64,000 nt of DNA, taken from Zygnema circumcarinatum SAG 698-1b. Its lineage: Eukaryota > Plantae > Zygnematophyceae. The notes under the pieces were generated by a model, which saw only the letters and a list, made by a program, of their open reading frames with translations, ran no database searches and was not told the origin of the DNA. Both the position numbers and the translations under genes were made by a program. The stretch covers positions 1,054,001-1,118,000 of the forward strand of contig CM074820.1 in the NCBI GenBank assembly GCA_037447605.1. The letters are read 5' to 3'. Each line of letters opens with the position of its first letter. Position 1 is the first letter of the stretch. Positions 13,741 to 26,410 of the stretch are shown here, piece by piece.

Positions 13741-16700
13741 TCATGCCCCTCCATTCACTGCTATCTCCCCTGCAGTTGGTAGCAGCCGCTTCTCCAGACT
13801 TCCCACAAACTGCGAAACCGCACCATCTGCTTCTTCTTTATTTGTCTCCATACTCTTCTCTCCTACTGCAGAACCCTCTGCTCCCAACTGCTTTCTTCCA
13901 CTCGCTCTCTCTTCGGACTCTCCTAGAGCAGCATTCTCTAAGCCACTTGTCGAACTCCCAAGCAGCTTAACGGGCTTCTTTCCTCTCCCACCAACTTGCT
14001 GCTTCCATTGTGACCCTCCCATGGAGCTTAGAATGTCAGAAATTCCCAGTCGCCACTCCTTTGGTACACCGTCCTTTCCTCCACTCTCTGCTACTTGCTT
14101 TGACCTTTTCAGAGCAGGTAACCCCAGACCACCATTCTCTCCTTTAAGACTGCTCCCATCCGCCTCTGTACCTGCAGCCCATTCTTCCGCACTTTCTACA
14201 CTTAACTCGCCTCCCCTCCTCCCTCCTTCCGCTGTCCTTCCCCTCACGTCTCCCTTCACCCCGTCTCCCTCTGCATCCCTCTCTGACCAACTCCCTTCCC
14301 CACCTTCTTCACTTCCGTTGCTTTCCTCTCCGATAGTCTCCAACGCTACGCCTCCCTCTTCGGTTTTTCCTCTCCCACTCTCGCTCCCTCCCCTCTTCTC
14401 AGGTGCTTCTCCTGCTAAGCCATGGCTGCCTATGTCACAATCTACAGGGAAATTGGTAGTGGCTTCCGCTCCCCTAAACTTCCGAGCTGCGGCATCGTAA
14501 GCTCTTGCTGCCTCTTCCGGAGTATCAAAACTCCCCAACCATTTTCGTTTCTTTGTATGCGGGTCACGTGCTTCGGCAGCCCATCGACCAGATGGCCTCT
14601 GCGGCAGAAAAAATGCACACCCTCTACGTCAGATACAACTCAAACATCCACAAAGGCTCATGAAAACAGAAACTATCTTCCGTATTTTTGCATATGAACC
14701 CGTGACATGACTCCTCACCTTTCTGATTCCCCTGAACCCACCGCCTGCATCATGCTGCTTCGTCTCTGTGCATTTTCTCTTTACGAGATTGCGTCTGGTA
14801 GCTTGGCTGCTTTTAACCGGAGAGGGGCCTTCTACTTGAGGTAGCGGCCCCCCAGATTCCAAAATTCCTTCCTTGCTTTCCTCATCCGTTTGAATGACTC
14901 CACAATGGCTTGGTAGGGGATTCGCAGCTTCATTGGCAGGAGGTGCACTACCCCAAACCCCACTTGTCGTAGTTGTATTCACAATAGTTGGAAAAAGAGG
15001 TGCAGTAGTTGGGGGGGGAGCCACTCCACATGTTTCTTGCATCGTTGCCATAGCTTTCTGCAGGTACGCTTGGAGAGAGAAGACAGTAGATGGGCTAAAT
15101 CCCCCTGTTTGAGAGTGTGGAGGATGGGAATATTGGCTTGAGGAAGGACTCAAAGACCTCCCAGCCTTGTTCTTATCGAAAGCCCTGAACCCCTCTCCTT
15201 CCTGCCCCGTTCGTTTTCTCTCTGTTAGACATATCCCCTCATGCTGTCTGCCCAAATTTTCAGTCATCTCTCCTCCTGCAGACGGCTCCCTCCTCCCTCC
15301 TTCCGCAGCAACAGCTGTAATATGGTTTGCGACAAGAGCTGCCGCTGCGTATTTTAGGGCTGCCCCAAACCATGGCTGAGAAACACATGATTCAAATCCA
15401 CCTGCCATTGAGGAAAGTCCCACAACTTCACCTCCCACAACTTCACCTCCCACAACTTCACCTCTCTGATCACTCTCTCGCCTTTCTTCCACTTGCATAT
15501 TTGTCAGACTTGTCGATCCATGAATAGTGTCTTGCTGATTAAGACTGTCGGGTTTCTCTCTCTCTACAAAACATTCCGGTCCCCTTTCAGTCGTCCCTCC
15601 ACCCTCTCCGTTCCCCACTTGGCAGCTTTCATCTCCCTTATCCTCCGAAGCTGCATCTTCCTTGCCTTCCTGTTTCTCTCCTACTTCTGCACTCCCACTG
15701 TTCCTCTCCAAAGACGAAGGAAAATTGACCTGCACCTCTCCTCCCCCAAACCTCGGAACTGCCGTACCATATACTCGCTCTGCATCCTCCGCAGAATCAA
15801 AACTTCCCACCCATCTCCGTCTCTTCGTATGAGGGTCTCTTACTTCCGCAGCCCATCTTCCCGATGGTCTCTGCCATACAAAAGGGAACATTACATCAGC
15901 ACACTGCAAATGCATACATTGACAACTCGGTTATGTCTTTCTTTTCTACGAAGTTAACTCCTCAAGAGGAAAACAAGGTACAGGCTATTGTTTACCTGTC
16001 TCACTCCTCGGAACAGCCGGGAATTGTTAAGTTCGCATTCTCCAGAGGCATCTTTTTCTCCACTCTCGTTTGTTCTGCGAGACTGTTCTCCACTACTCCC
16101 ACTGCTTGCAGAACTCGATTTTGAGCCGTTTTGCATAGAGTTGCTGCCTTCAATGACATCTTGATGCTTGAGATGTTTCTCAGAAGTTCCCAGAATTGAA
16201 GCAGTTGCCCTTCGGAGAGACCCATTAACTGTAGCAACATTCACTCCCCGATCTTCAGAACCTTCGCCCAAATCTTTCGAAGCTTCCGCATTCACAGGTT
16301 TGACAGGGAACAGAGACTCCCTCTCGCTTTCTTTCTCCTTCAATTCTGCTTCTGCGTTAAACGTATGAGAAACCTTCTTCTCCTCCTCCTTCCCCTCCCC
16401 GCTACCTACCTCCTCTCTGCGTCGTCGCCCTCCCTTATTGTGGAGTTCCTTTCTCCCCACCTCATTTTTCCTTTCTTCCCGACCTGAACACTCGGGAAGA
16501 AGTTGAGGTTCACCTTCGCTCTCCTCCTTGCCTTCCTCATTGCTCTCTTCCGCTGCCATAGAAATGGAAGCAGCAGCAAGCAGATCCATGGCTCCCATAT
16601 CCTGACTAATCTTGTCCTCTTCCACTCCCCCTTTCTCTCCCTTTGCACGTCTTTCAGAAAACAGACCCCTCCTGCGAGGGAGCACTGCCTTCACATTTCG

Positions 16701-19430
16701 TTTGCCTCCTTTCAGATGGTCCTGCAAGTCACACTCAATCTATCTCAGTAAACAAAACAAAGAGTCGATCATGAGCCAACACAGAGCATATTATCGAGAT
16801 TAATGTAGAAACACGAATTGTGTTACTGCTTACCTGCACAACTGCCGACGAATCTGCTTTCTTCCCTGTTCGCAGACCTTCACTTTCCCGAACATCTCGC
16901 ACCTTCTTCTCTGCCTTAGACATCAAATCACTCCTGCCTGCATGAACCCCTGTCTTAATGCCTCTCTCTCCGCTCTCTCCCACTGCAGCCATGGCTGCTC
17001 CCTCTCCCCCACCTCTCCCACCTCTACTTCCCTTTACTGCTGCCTCCTTCCCACTCCCTCCACCTCCCTGATTCACTCGCTGGCTAGGGGGGGGGGGCTC
17101 CCGTCTATGAGTACCCATAGCTGCCTTCATGGCTAGGTGTGCTTCTATCGGAAAATTTGTCCTTGCGTTCACACCTTTAAACTTCACCAGAGCTGCATCG
17201 TAAGCTTTTGCAGCTTCTTCCGCTGTATCGAAACTTCCAAGCCAAATTCTCCTCTTGGAAGTGGGGTCGCGAACTTCAGCAGCCCACCGACCCCAAACCC
17301 TCTGCATTCAAAATCACGAAAAGGAGAGAAAACATTCACACAGTTACAGACTTTAACTTTCAACAAGTTGCTGCTGTTGCAGGATGTTCCATCGATGCAG
17401 AAAATTAATCAAAAAACGAACATATGAACTGGGAAAGCTATGTAGATTGTCAGCTCACCTGCCGGACTCCTTTGAACAACTTTTTTGTTCCAAGGGGAGC
17501 ATCGAAATCATCCCTTCCTCGCTTCACTCCGTGATACGACGAACTGCCAGGTGTCATCACAGGAGAGGTTGTAGAGGGAGAGGCAAGAGAGCCGGGTGGG
17601 AGGGTATCAGTGGGTGACATCAGCGACGGAGTGAGGGACACAGCCGAAGAAGACGGTGACGTCAGCGCGGGAGACGGCAATATCACGAGTGGGCTTAGCG
17701 TCGGAATCTGCTTGCCGGTCTTGAGAGAGGGAGAGGGAGGAGATGGGAGAGAAGGAGGAGCGTGGTGGGAGGAATGAGCAGGAAAAGTGGGAGAGAGGGG
17801 GGTAGAGGAAGGCAGAGGAAGGGAAGGATGAGAAGAAGACAAGGAAAGCGAGTGATGAGGTAGGGGAAGAGACGGAAGAGAGGGAGGATGAGTGGGAGGG
17901 GAGGGATAAGAGGGAGACACGGGAGATGGAGGAGCAGCAGGGAATGAAGGAATGGGAGATAGCCCAGCCATGGCTGACGGAGACCAGATGTCTACTGAAG
18001 GAGGAAAGGGATTCAAAGGGACTCCTATAGTTGCTGGATGACTGTTCGAACCCAAGTCGAAAAATACAGGAGGCCGAGGGCTCCCCTGAAATCCAAGAAA
18101 GGAAGCGAGAGAGAGATGAGCTTACGCTGCACTATATGATCTATTAAAATCAAAATTATCAGCAGTAGAGGGATGAATCTCTCCCTCTCTCCCGTGCCAA
18201 CTCTGTCACTCTACTCCCCTCCCCTTCTTCCTCTCCCTCGATCTCTTTCCAAAAAGCCAAAGCACGGAAAAAGATCCTATAATACAGTACTTGAAGCTTC
18301 AACGGTACAAAACGGACGACCTGAGAATCTTACTCCCAACAGTACAAATAAAAACAATTCATTCATATTACAGATGCAGTTTCCTGCTCGAGCATACATC
18401 CAGCTCAAACATAGACTGCTCCAGCCATGACCTCCCAAAATCCTTAAATCAAGCCCAAGCAACTCACCACCTCAGTCAGATTAGTCGGTTCTATTCCTGC
18501 CATTTTTAAAATATGTGTCGCAGAAGAAACATCCATGGCTTCCCTCCTTCCTCCACCATACTCAAGAGCGCTTCTCCCCACCTCTCCCTCCATGTTAACA
18601 TTATCCCCTACATTCCCCGCCGTTCTCCACTCCATCCCCTCTCTCCCCCTCCGTTCTTCTCCCACAGCCCGCTCTCCTCCTTGCCCCACAACAGGCTGCT
18701 CTCCCATCTCAGCCATCACCCTAAAAAAAAACTCCGCTGCTGCAGCAGTCGGAGCCGCTCGTGCTACAAATGGCCGCCACGGGGCAGCACCATATTGGAG
18801 ACGTTCTCCCTCTCCCCCAGCCCCCATCTCCCTCCCACCCTCTCTATCCCTCTGCTGCAGCTCCTCGTTCCGCCCCAGCTCTAGGAAGGACCCCATCTCC
18901 CTCTCAGCATCTGAAATGCTCTCCCTCCTCCTCGAATCACCCACACTCCATGGCGGCCCCAAATTCTGCCACGTGCCCTCCCTTCCCACTTGCGTCCACG
19001 CTCCGCCAAATCCGCCTGTGCCACTTGTCACACCTTCCGTGCTCCACCCTCCGCTTCCACGCGGCGCATCCTCCACTTGACACGTGGCCCGAGGAATCCC
19101 CTCCGCCTCCCCTAACCCTAACCCTAACGAGAGGCTCACCGGCTCCCCTGCCGCACTTCCCCCTGCTCCCTCCCCCTCCCTCTCCCCACAAACCGGCGCC
19201 ATGGCAGCCTCCCACCTCACAGAACCTCCTGCATCCCCCCCTTCCACTGCCACCTGCCACGTGGAACCTGGTCCGCAAAGCCAGCCATTCATTCCACCTC
19301 CTCTGCTCCATTCCCCGGCAGCCATGGCTCCCCCTCCTCCCTGGAAGCTGGGCAGACCACCCCTGATAGCAAACACGCGTTTCCCTTCAATCGCTCTTCT
19401 ATCTCCGCTTACCGCGCAGGCTGCAGCCAT
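13741..19430 (-). CDS. Multi-AP2/ERF transcription factor with three AP2 domains, ~1,600 aa. Exons 18468-19430, 17459-18085, 16834-17301, 15996-16721, 14719-15870, 13741-14598
   Basis: Three domains: FKGVRQ|[35 protein letters not shown]|[29 protein letters not shown]|[41 protein letters not shown]. All five introns are phase-0 GT-AG and all exons are multiples of 3. Start codon uncertain. Confidence 0.85.
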
Positions 19431-20719
19431 GGCCTCCTTTCCCTCCCCCCTCTCCCTCTCTCTCTCCCTCCCCCCCTCTCCCTCTCCCTCTCCCTCTCCC
19501 TCTCCCTCTCCCTCTCCCTCTCCCTCCCTCAGCGGCGCCGCGCTGCCCGTCCGAACCAATCGATCTGTTGCCACCCGCCGCCGACTTTCTTGCGTCCCGT
19601 CTCCCGCCAGGTTTCCCGCCCCGTTTTCCCCCCTTCCGCGCAGTTCCCCCTCCCTGTCCCGCGTCGTTTTCGTTCCCCGCTCGGTTTCCCCTTCCCTTTC
19701 CGCCCCCGCCGCGCAGTTTCCCACTCCGTCCCCTGCGCCGCTTGCTTCCCCGCCCGGTTCCTCGCTTGGTTCCCCGCGGGGTCCTCTCCCTCCCTCCCTC
19801 GAAACCGCGCGGTCCGTCCGTCCGCCGCGCGGCGCCGCGCCGTCCCTCGGGCGGCCGCCGGCGGCGTAGGCGGTCCTGCCGCCTGCCGCCTGCCGCCCAT
19901 GCCGTACCACTTTTTGTCGTCTAGCGTAAGTCGCCGGCCAGGCCGCGGGCGCCATGTGGCGGCCAGCGCAGTCCGTACTGCCACGTGGCGTCTCCCGGGC
20001 CCGAGGGCGCGGCGTGGCGCGAAAAGCGAGAGGACCGCGGCGGGCGGCGCGCGACGGCGACGTTTGTCGTGCAGCGACGCCGTACGGTCCGTCCATCCAT
20101 CCGTCCGGCCGGGCGGGCTGGGGCGGGCGGCTGCCGGCGCGGGAGGCGGCGGCCGCCCGAGGCGAGGCGAGGCCGGCGGCGGGCGCGGCGGCGCGGGGGG
20201 GGACACGTGGCGCCCGGGGAGGGAGGGGAGGGCCCGCCCGCCCGCCGGCGGGGACACGGGAACACGGGCGGGCGGTGCCGGCCGTTGCGGGCGGCCAAAG
20301 GGGACGAGGAGCGGGACTGGAACTGGAACTAAAACTAGAACTGGATCTGGAAATGGAATTGCGACAAGAGATGGATGCAAGTGGAACTGGAACTGGAACT
20401 GCGTGACTAACGACTACGTGTGTGGAACTGTAGTTGATTTCGGTGCGGATTGACACGGTTTTAGGGGTTTTGGCACAGAACGCGACGGGAACGACAGCGT
20501 GAATTCGTACGGTGATGGTACAGGGGGTCCTCGTCATATTTTCCACCTTCAACAGTACGTCACCAATAAATTCGCACCGATTTTGCCGAAACCACCTTTT
20601 TGTACGGTAACATTGTGTTGGCCGTACTATTCGTACTAACCGTATTAGCCGTACTAACCGTACCAGCCGTACTAGCTGTACTAGCCGTTACGGGCTTACG
20701 CAAAACGAGTTTTGCGTAA

Positions 20720-20896
20720 ACAGTGGATCGGCAACCATTGGACAACCATTGGATGGCAATGGTTGGACGTCTACTGGTTGGCAATCAGTCGACTGGTTGC
20801 CAACCAGTGGCATCCACTGGTTGGCAACCAGTCGAATGGTTGTTTCGGTCCGCAACCACTGGTTGCCAACCAGTGGCATCCACTGGTTGGCAACCA
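20720..20896. repeat. Array of palindromic TGGTTG(C/G)CAACCA units, truncated by an assembly gap
   Basis: Four exact units plus one variant at ~20775-20896, preceded by a 9-bp CCGTACTA(G/A)-type tandem at ~20610-20690. Confidence 0.75.
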
Positions 20897-23800
20897 NNNN
20901 NNNNNNCCCAGTCAGAGTCGGTGTATCCGATCACTCTGTTCGGCCCTCTCTCGTAACGGAGTCCGTACTCCAAGGTCCCCCGTACGAACCGAAAGATTCG
21001 CTTTACGGCCTCCCAATGCTCAGGGCCGGGATTCTCCATGAACCGACGCGGCGCTCACAGCCTTCGCCAAGTCCGGTCGGGTACCAATCATTAGGTACAT
21101 TAAACTTCCGATAGCAGATCTGTACGGCACTCCGTACATGCGCTAAACCTCCGCGTCCGTCGCGGGCTCCATATCCTTTGACTATCTCGCGCCGATCTCC
21201 ATCGGGCTGGTACACGGTCTCCACTCCTCCATGTGGAATGCACAGGTCACATCCACGCGGCGTGCTTCTTCTGACTTAGAACGGACTTCCGTGCTGCCCC
21301 TTCTTCAGCTGTCTCCCCGGGGGGCTGCTCCGCCTCCTAGATCCGGCATTTTGGAAGTTAGCTTGCAAAAGCTTCTTCAAATCATTGATTCTCTAGATGA
21401 ACCCGCCAGTAATGAGGCGTCACGTAGGTCCCGGCGTGTGTGAATCTCCCTCCTCTGTGTCAAGTAGACGGAATAATCGTCTCAACACAGCGCGGATGCG
21501 TTGCTCCTCAGAAGATCGTCAATCTTCTCAATACCAGATCCTAAGTGCCTACCTTTGGGTCCATAACTCTTCACTGCAGACGGCGGGCGATGCTTCTGCC
21601 CCGGGACAGCTTTTCCCTCGGCTGCCCATGTAGATCTCCCTCAGCGAGATCTCCGTCCCAGGAATCCAATCTTGATATCTGGCTGATGGACATGCATCCC
21701 CTCAGCAGCTGCGATCGAAATTAGGGCACGGAGGGAGTTAAACTTCACCACCGGGGCGAAAGTCTCCGTGTAGTCGATTCCGTACTTCTGGCTGTAGCCC
21801 TTCGCCACCAGCCGCGCCTTGTAACGGTCGACACTCCCGTCCGCCTTCCGCTTCACCTTGAACACCCACTTGCATCCAATGGCTCTCCTTCCCTTCGGCA
21901 GCTTCTCCAGTCGCCACGTCCCGTTCTCTATCAGACTATTCCACTCGCTATCGATCGCTGCTCGCCACTTCGCTCCATCGACCCCATCGTGAGCCTCCTC
22001 GAAGGTTTGCGGCTCGGTAATCATGTAGCAGTGGGCAACTCCTGCGAGGTCAGCAGAGTCCGTAGGCACTCTCTCCTGCATCAGGTTAGTCTGCGACGGC
22101 CTGTATCGTTCAGGCCTCCTCACCACACGGGTGCTCCTCCGCGGTCCTGCATTCTCCCCACTCCTACGAGTGACGAGAATTCCGGAAACAAAGCCCCAAA
22201 AGCATCCTTGCCTCATGGCGTCTGCTCTCAGCCATCTCCAAGTGCTCTGGACTCCTGTCCGTAAAAAGGCCTGCAGATTTCGGACAATCTATGGTCCGGC
22301 AGGTGAGTGTGTAGTGGAGCCGTCTCCGTCGATTTCTCCGGCTCCCCGGCTTGCGGTACTTCGGGTTCGACTCCCGCCTCCGCCTCGACGTTCGGTGTTG
22401 CTCCCGAGTCAGCTCCTGCGCTCTCCGGCGTGCTGATCTCCTCCAAAACCGGGACCTGAGGCGCTTCAACGCCTTCTCCGCTGGTTTCCACGTCCTCATA
22501 CACAATCTCCAATCCTGCCTTTTGGGGTTGGGTCTCACCTAGTCGTGTCACCACCCCTCTTCTAGTCCACCGTGATGTCTCTCGGAGTCTGCACTTCCTC
22601 GCTCGCGCGGTTCCAAATCCTGGCTGCGGCTGTCCATGTTGTGCACCGAGACATGTCCTTTGGCGGCTCAACGGGTCGAACTCCCTCTCTGTCTCGCCTC
22701 GAGCATCTCGACCGGCAGCGCGCTCCGAAAGCCTTCAGGTCGGAAACCGTGGGTTTTCTCCCACTCCACACCTCCTCAGGAACCTGGTCCTTGAGCACAG
22801 AAGATGGGCATCTATTCCTAAGGTAAGCCGCGGTAGTGGCTGCCCAGAGGAAGCCAAAAGGGGAATCTCTAAGCAGTGATCCAGCCATATCCCCCAATCG
22901 TGCTATTGTCCAGCAGCTCCATTACTTTGGAAGGGAGTCAGAAGGAAAAATGCCATACCTAATTCCACGAGTCTGAGGTGCTCACGGAGCTGTTCAAACT
23001 GAACTCCCTCGTTGTCTCAGACGCGAGTCTTCGTCTGCTCCACTCTCTCGCTCCATCAAGTCTCCGGTCTTCTGAAGGCTCGAGAGCCTCAAGACTTGTT
23101 CTTGAGAATTCTCACCCAAATTTTCCTCGAAAACCCGTGAAAAAGTGATGAAGTCCAAACTCCTCCCCACTCGTACGGTGTCACGGGCCACGAAGGTCGG
23201 TGTGAAGCCGACTCCAATTTCTACTGCGCATGATCGCGCCTGCTCTCCGCTCCTCGGCGATGACTCCGAATGCGCCTTCCCCTCTACACACTCCTTGCAA
23301 AAGCCGAGCTCCTTCTCCACAACATCTACGTCTAACCCACGGACCAGCCCCTTAGCAGCAAGCTGTTGCAACCCCCGATGGTTAAGATGTCCAAGTCTAC
23401 GATGCCAGAGATTTATGGCAGTTTCAGCCACAGCCATCACATCTTCATCCTCTGTCCTTCTATAATGAAGATAATACAGGCCTCCCTTCTCATACCCCTC
23501 AAACAGCCGCTTCCCCGTCACTGCGTGAGTAGCTACGCAAGACTTCTCCTTGAACGTGATCTCATACCCCCTCTTACACACCTAGCTAACAGACATGAAG
23601 TTCTGTTTCAGCTCGGGGGTGTGGAGTACATCACCGATACACAAACGCTCCTCCCTCTCCTCTTCGTAGAGTGGCAGAGCCATCTCCAAGATGGTCTTGA
23701 CTGTTCACCCTTCGTGGCTGTCACTCCTCTCCGGTTCGGTGAACAGATGGGTCTTCTCCAGCGTGTCCATGAGAGACACCCTGCTTGTCGCCCCACATGT

Positions 23801-24764
23801 GCTGTGGAAGCGCATGAATCGGTCGCCAAGCGCTTCAGATCCGAACACCGATCTCAGCAAAGTCAGGAGATCTCAAGCCTTTCAGCCGTCATGGGTCAGT
23901 CTCATTCCGAGCCCTCTACAGTTCGGTGCTCTTGTGACCTCGCTTCTTGCACTTGAAGCAGATCCCCTTGAAGCCTTTCTTCTCCTTCTTGCCGTATGCT
24001 GGCGCGCCTAATCCTCCCCTATCTTGGGGTCTCTTGTTATTGTAGCAGTCTGCCGATTAGTGGCCGGTCTTGCCACACGTGTAGCACGCTCCGCGGGCGT
24101 TTCCTCCTCGGTCCGGCTTCGGCGCACCTCCTCTCGGTCTCTCGTGAGTCAGGCGCTAGCACCTTCTGCCTCGGTGCTGCGGTGTGTTGAACGGTGTCCT
24201 CCTCCTTGATCCTCCGCTTCACTTGCTCAAGGGCCATTTTCGAGTTTATTAGGACAGTCCTAAGCGCTGCAACTGCTACATCAAATCTGGAGGTCAACCC
24301 CCTGGGGGCTCAATGACCTTATGGTCACTCTAGCAGTTTCTGTAGGAGTTATGAACCTCTCCATCAAGGTGAGACACGTGTGTATAGCTTCATCATAAAG
24401 ACATCTGATCTTGAGTTCCATGTAAAGACTCACTATGATTAGCATTATCCTTTACATCATACATCTCTGCTAAGCACCTCCACATAGCATGAGGTCTTAG
24501 AATCATGCAGGCATAGACGAATTTCCTGCACACTCATGGCGTGTTGGGTGAGCGCTTTGTTGTCCTCATTCAGCCTGTGGCGGGCGGCTTGGTGTTGACT
24601 ATCTCCCGCGTGGCCTGCTCAGGCGCACCGCTGCCTAATAGTGCCGTTGGCGTGGACGTGCCCCTGCCCACAACACGAGGGACCAGCGCCCATCTCTCCA
24701 CCCCCTTGTAGTCTTGGCGGTGGAATGGGAATGCTGAACTTCACGTGGTCCTCGTCGCCACCAT

Positions 24765-24778
24765 TGGCTCTGATACCA
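24765..24778 (-). promoter_or_regulatory. Primer-binding site TGGTATCAGAGCCA (initiator tRNA-Met)
   Basis: Reverse complement of tggctctgatacca. This is the canonical plant copia PBS, adjacent to the LTR end. Confidence 0.9.
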
Positions 24779-24780
24779 CT

Positions 24781-25144
24781 TGTTGGAGCATGGATCTGCT
24801 CGCTGCTTCCGGCGCCAACTTGCGTGTCGCACTACATTGGAACTCCGGTTACCACCGATGAAGACATCTTCCCTCTCTCTCACTCTATCTCACTTCACTC
24901 ATAGCCCATAACTCACAGAATGAATTCAGAGACGAGCACAGCGGAAATCACACACGGGAAAGTCTAGGAGAAAGCTCACGGCTCTAAAACTCCTTTATAA
25001 TAAGAATGTCACCCACATGAAGTTCTCCCCCTCCACTAGCTACTTCTCCCCTTACTCACTACCTTGCGACACAGCAGGGCGCCCAGGACACGAGGACGCA
25101 CGGATGAGCACGGGACTGCGGTAGGCTAATGTGGGTTTCCTACA
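24781..25144 (-). repeat. 5' LTR of the copia element (364 bp, TGTAGG...CCAACA)
   Basis: TG/CA termini on the minus strand, with the PBS starting 2 nt downstream. Confidence 0.75.
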
Positions 25145-25789
25145 TAAGAATTAAACCCTATATACCGCCATAGCGTGTTGCGTGACATCTTCCTTGTTGA
25201 CCGATCACATCAGGCCACCTGCATGCGTGCCGGCCAGCCGGGTCGCGTCAGACATCCAGCTTCCGAGTCTTTCGTAAATCTCCGCGGCACCGACCTCGTC
25301 AGTCGTGATAATCAGCGCCATCTGAACTTTATGACACGCGCCAGAACTTCCGCGCAGGTGATGCACCAGTCCGGCGACAGCGCGCGCATGTTGCGATTCG
25401 CGCAGCACCATACACGTCGGCACTCATCAGCGAAATCTGCATCGTGGCATACCGCAGCCGATCGCGCCTGTGCCGGCGATGGGCTGCTGACTCAGTCTGC
25501 TCCAATCATGACCTCGTCAGACGAGCAACGCTAAGGTACTGACGGTTCGCCGATATCGCGGCATTCTGCGCAGGAAAGTATACAGGCCACCAACATTTAG
25601 CCCAACCGTATTTCCTCAGAACACTACTGGCCAATCTCATGTTTCCAGATACGAGACCACAACAATGTTAGTGTGAACCCATACAATGTCTAACTATAGC
25701 ACACTAACACTAACAGAACACAAGACCTCCCGGTACCCACACCAATGCTTTACCATTAAAAGGCAACCGCGGATGTAAGTATAGCACTC

Positions 25790-26410
25790 ATCTAACCCAT
25801 TTGATCCAAGAACAACCGGTTGGCAACCATTCGAATCATTATATCCATTTAAATCAAATGGTTGGCAACCATTAAATCACTTAGTGTCACAAACTGACAC
25901 TCCCATCCCAAAATGCCATTGGCAATTGAGGAGCCTATGCAACGCGTAGATCCCCATACCGTTCGTACAATGCGATGAATTTACGTCTGTGGCGTTCCAG
26001 GCTTGTTACACTAGTTGTCACCGGTTGGCAACCAACCAAAAAACACAAACGACCCATTTTTGCAAAAAGGTATAATTTCATAAAATCAATGGTTGCCAAC
26101 CGTAAATCAGTAGTTGGAACCATCGAATGGTTGTTTCAAGTCCTGGCGGTTAATTCGCAAGCCAATCAATTGGCTCCAACCAAGTGGAATGCACTTCGTT
26201 GGCAACAGTTCAAATCAATTGTTTCAATCCAACAGTTGGTTGCCAACCATTTAAATTGGTTCCAACCATTGGCATGCATAGTACAAACACTCAACTAGTT
26301 GCCAACCAAGTGGCATCCAATTCATTCCGAACCAATGGATGGTTGCCAACCATAGCATCATAGTTGGCAACCATCAAATAATGGCAACAGTTGGTGCCAA
26401 CCAATCAAAT
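25790..26410. repeat. Second, longer array of (T)GGTTG(C/G)CAACC(A) palindromic units
   Basis: About a dozen exact or near-exact copies with irregular spacers, e.g. 25817, 25858, 26022, 26089, 26236, 26296, 26339, 26362. Confidence 0.75.

Larger units (their letters stand above)
20907..25144 (-). mobile_element. Degenerate Ty1/copia LTR retrotransposon (gag, protease, GAG-pre-integrase, integrase, RT); 3' end lost in gap 20897-20906
   Basis: Zinc knuckle CYTCGKTGH*SADC (~24050-24090), LWHRRLGHLN..CKECVEGK, AAYLRNRCPS..PEEVWSGRKP, IGCKWVFKVK..RYKARLVAKGYSQKYGIDYTETFAPV, HWEAVKRIFRF..GYTDSDW in copia order. Many frameshifts and stops. Confidence 0.95.

Noticed and set aside
19084-20552. Numerous long overlapping ORFs on both strands upstream of the AP2 gene
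   Set aside because: Very high GC and GA/CT repeats suppress stop codons. No recognisable domains.
25175-25600. GC-rich segment suggesting foreign or bacterial origin
   Set aside because: Only short unrecognised ORFs. Composition alone is insufficient within a TE-rich block.
20720-26410. CRISPR-like array
   Set aside because: Eukaryotic context, units only 13 bp, spacers irregular and partly repeated, and no cas genes.
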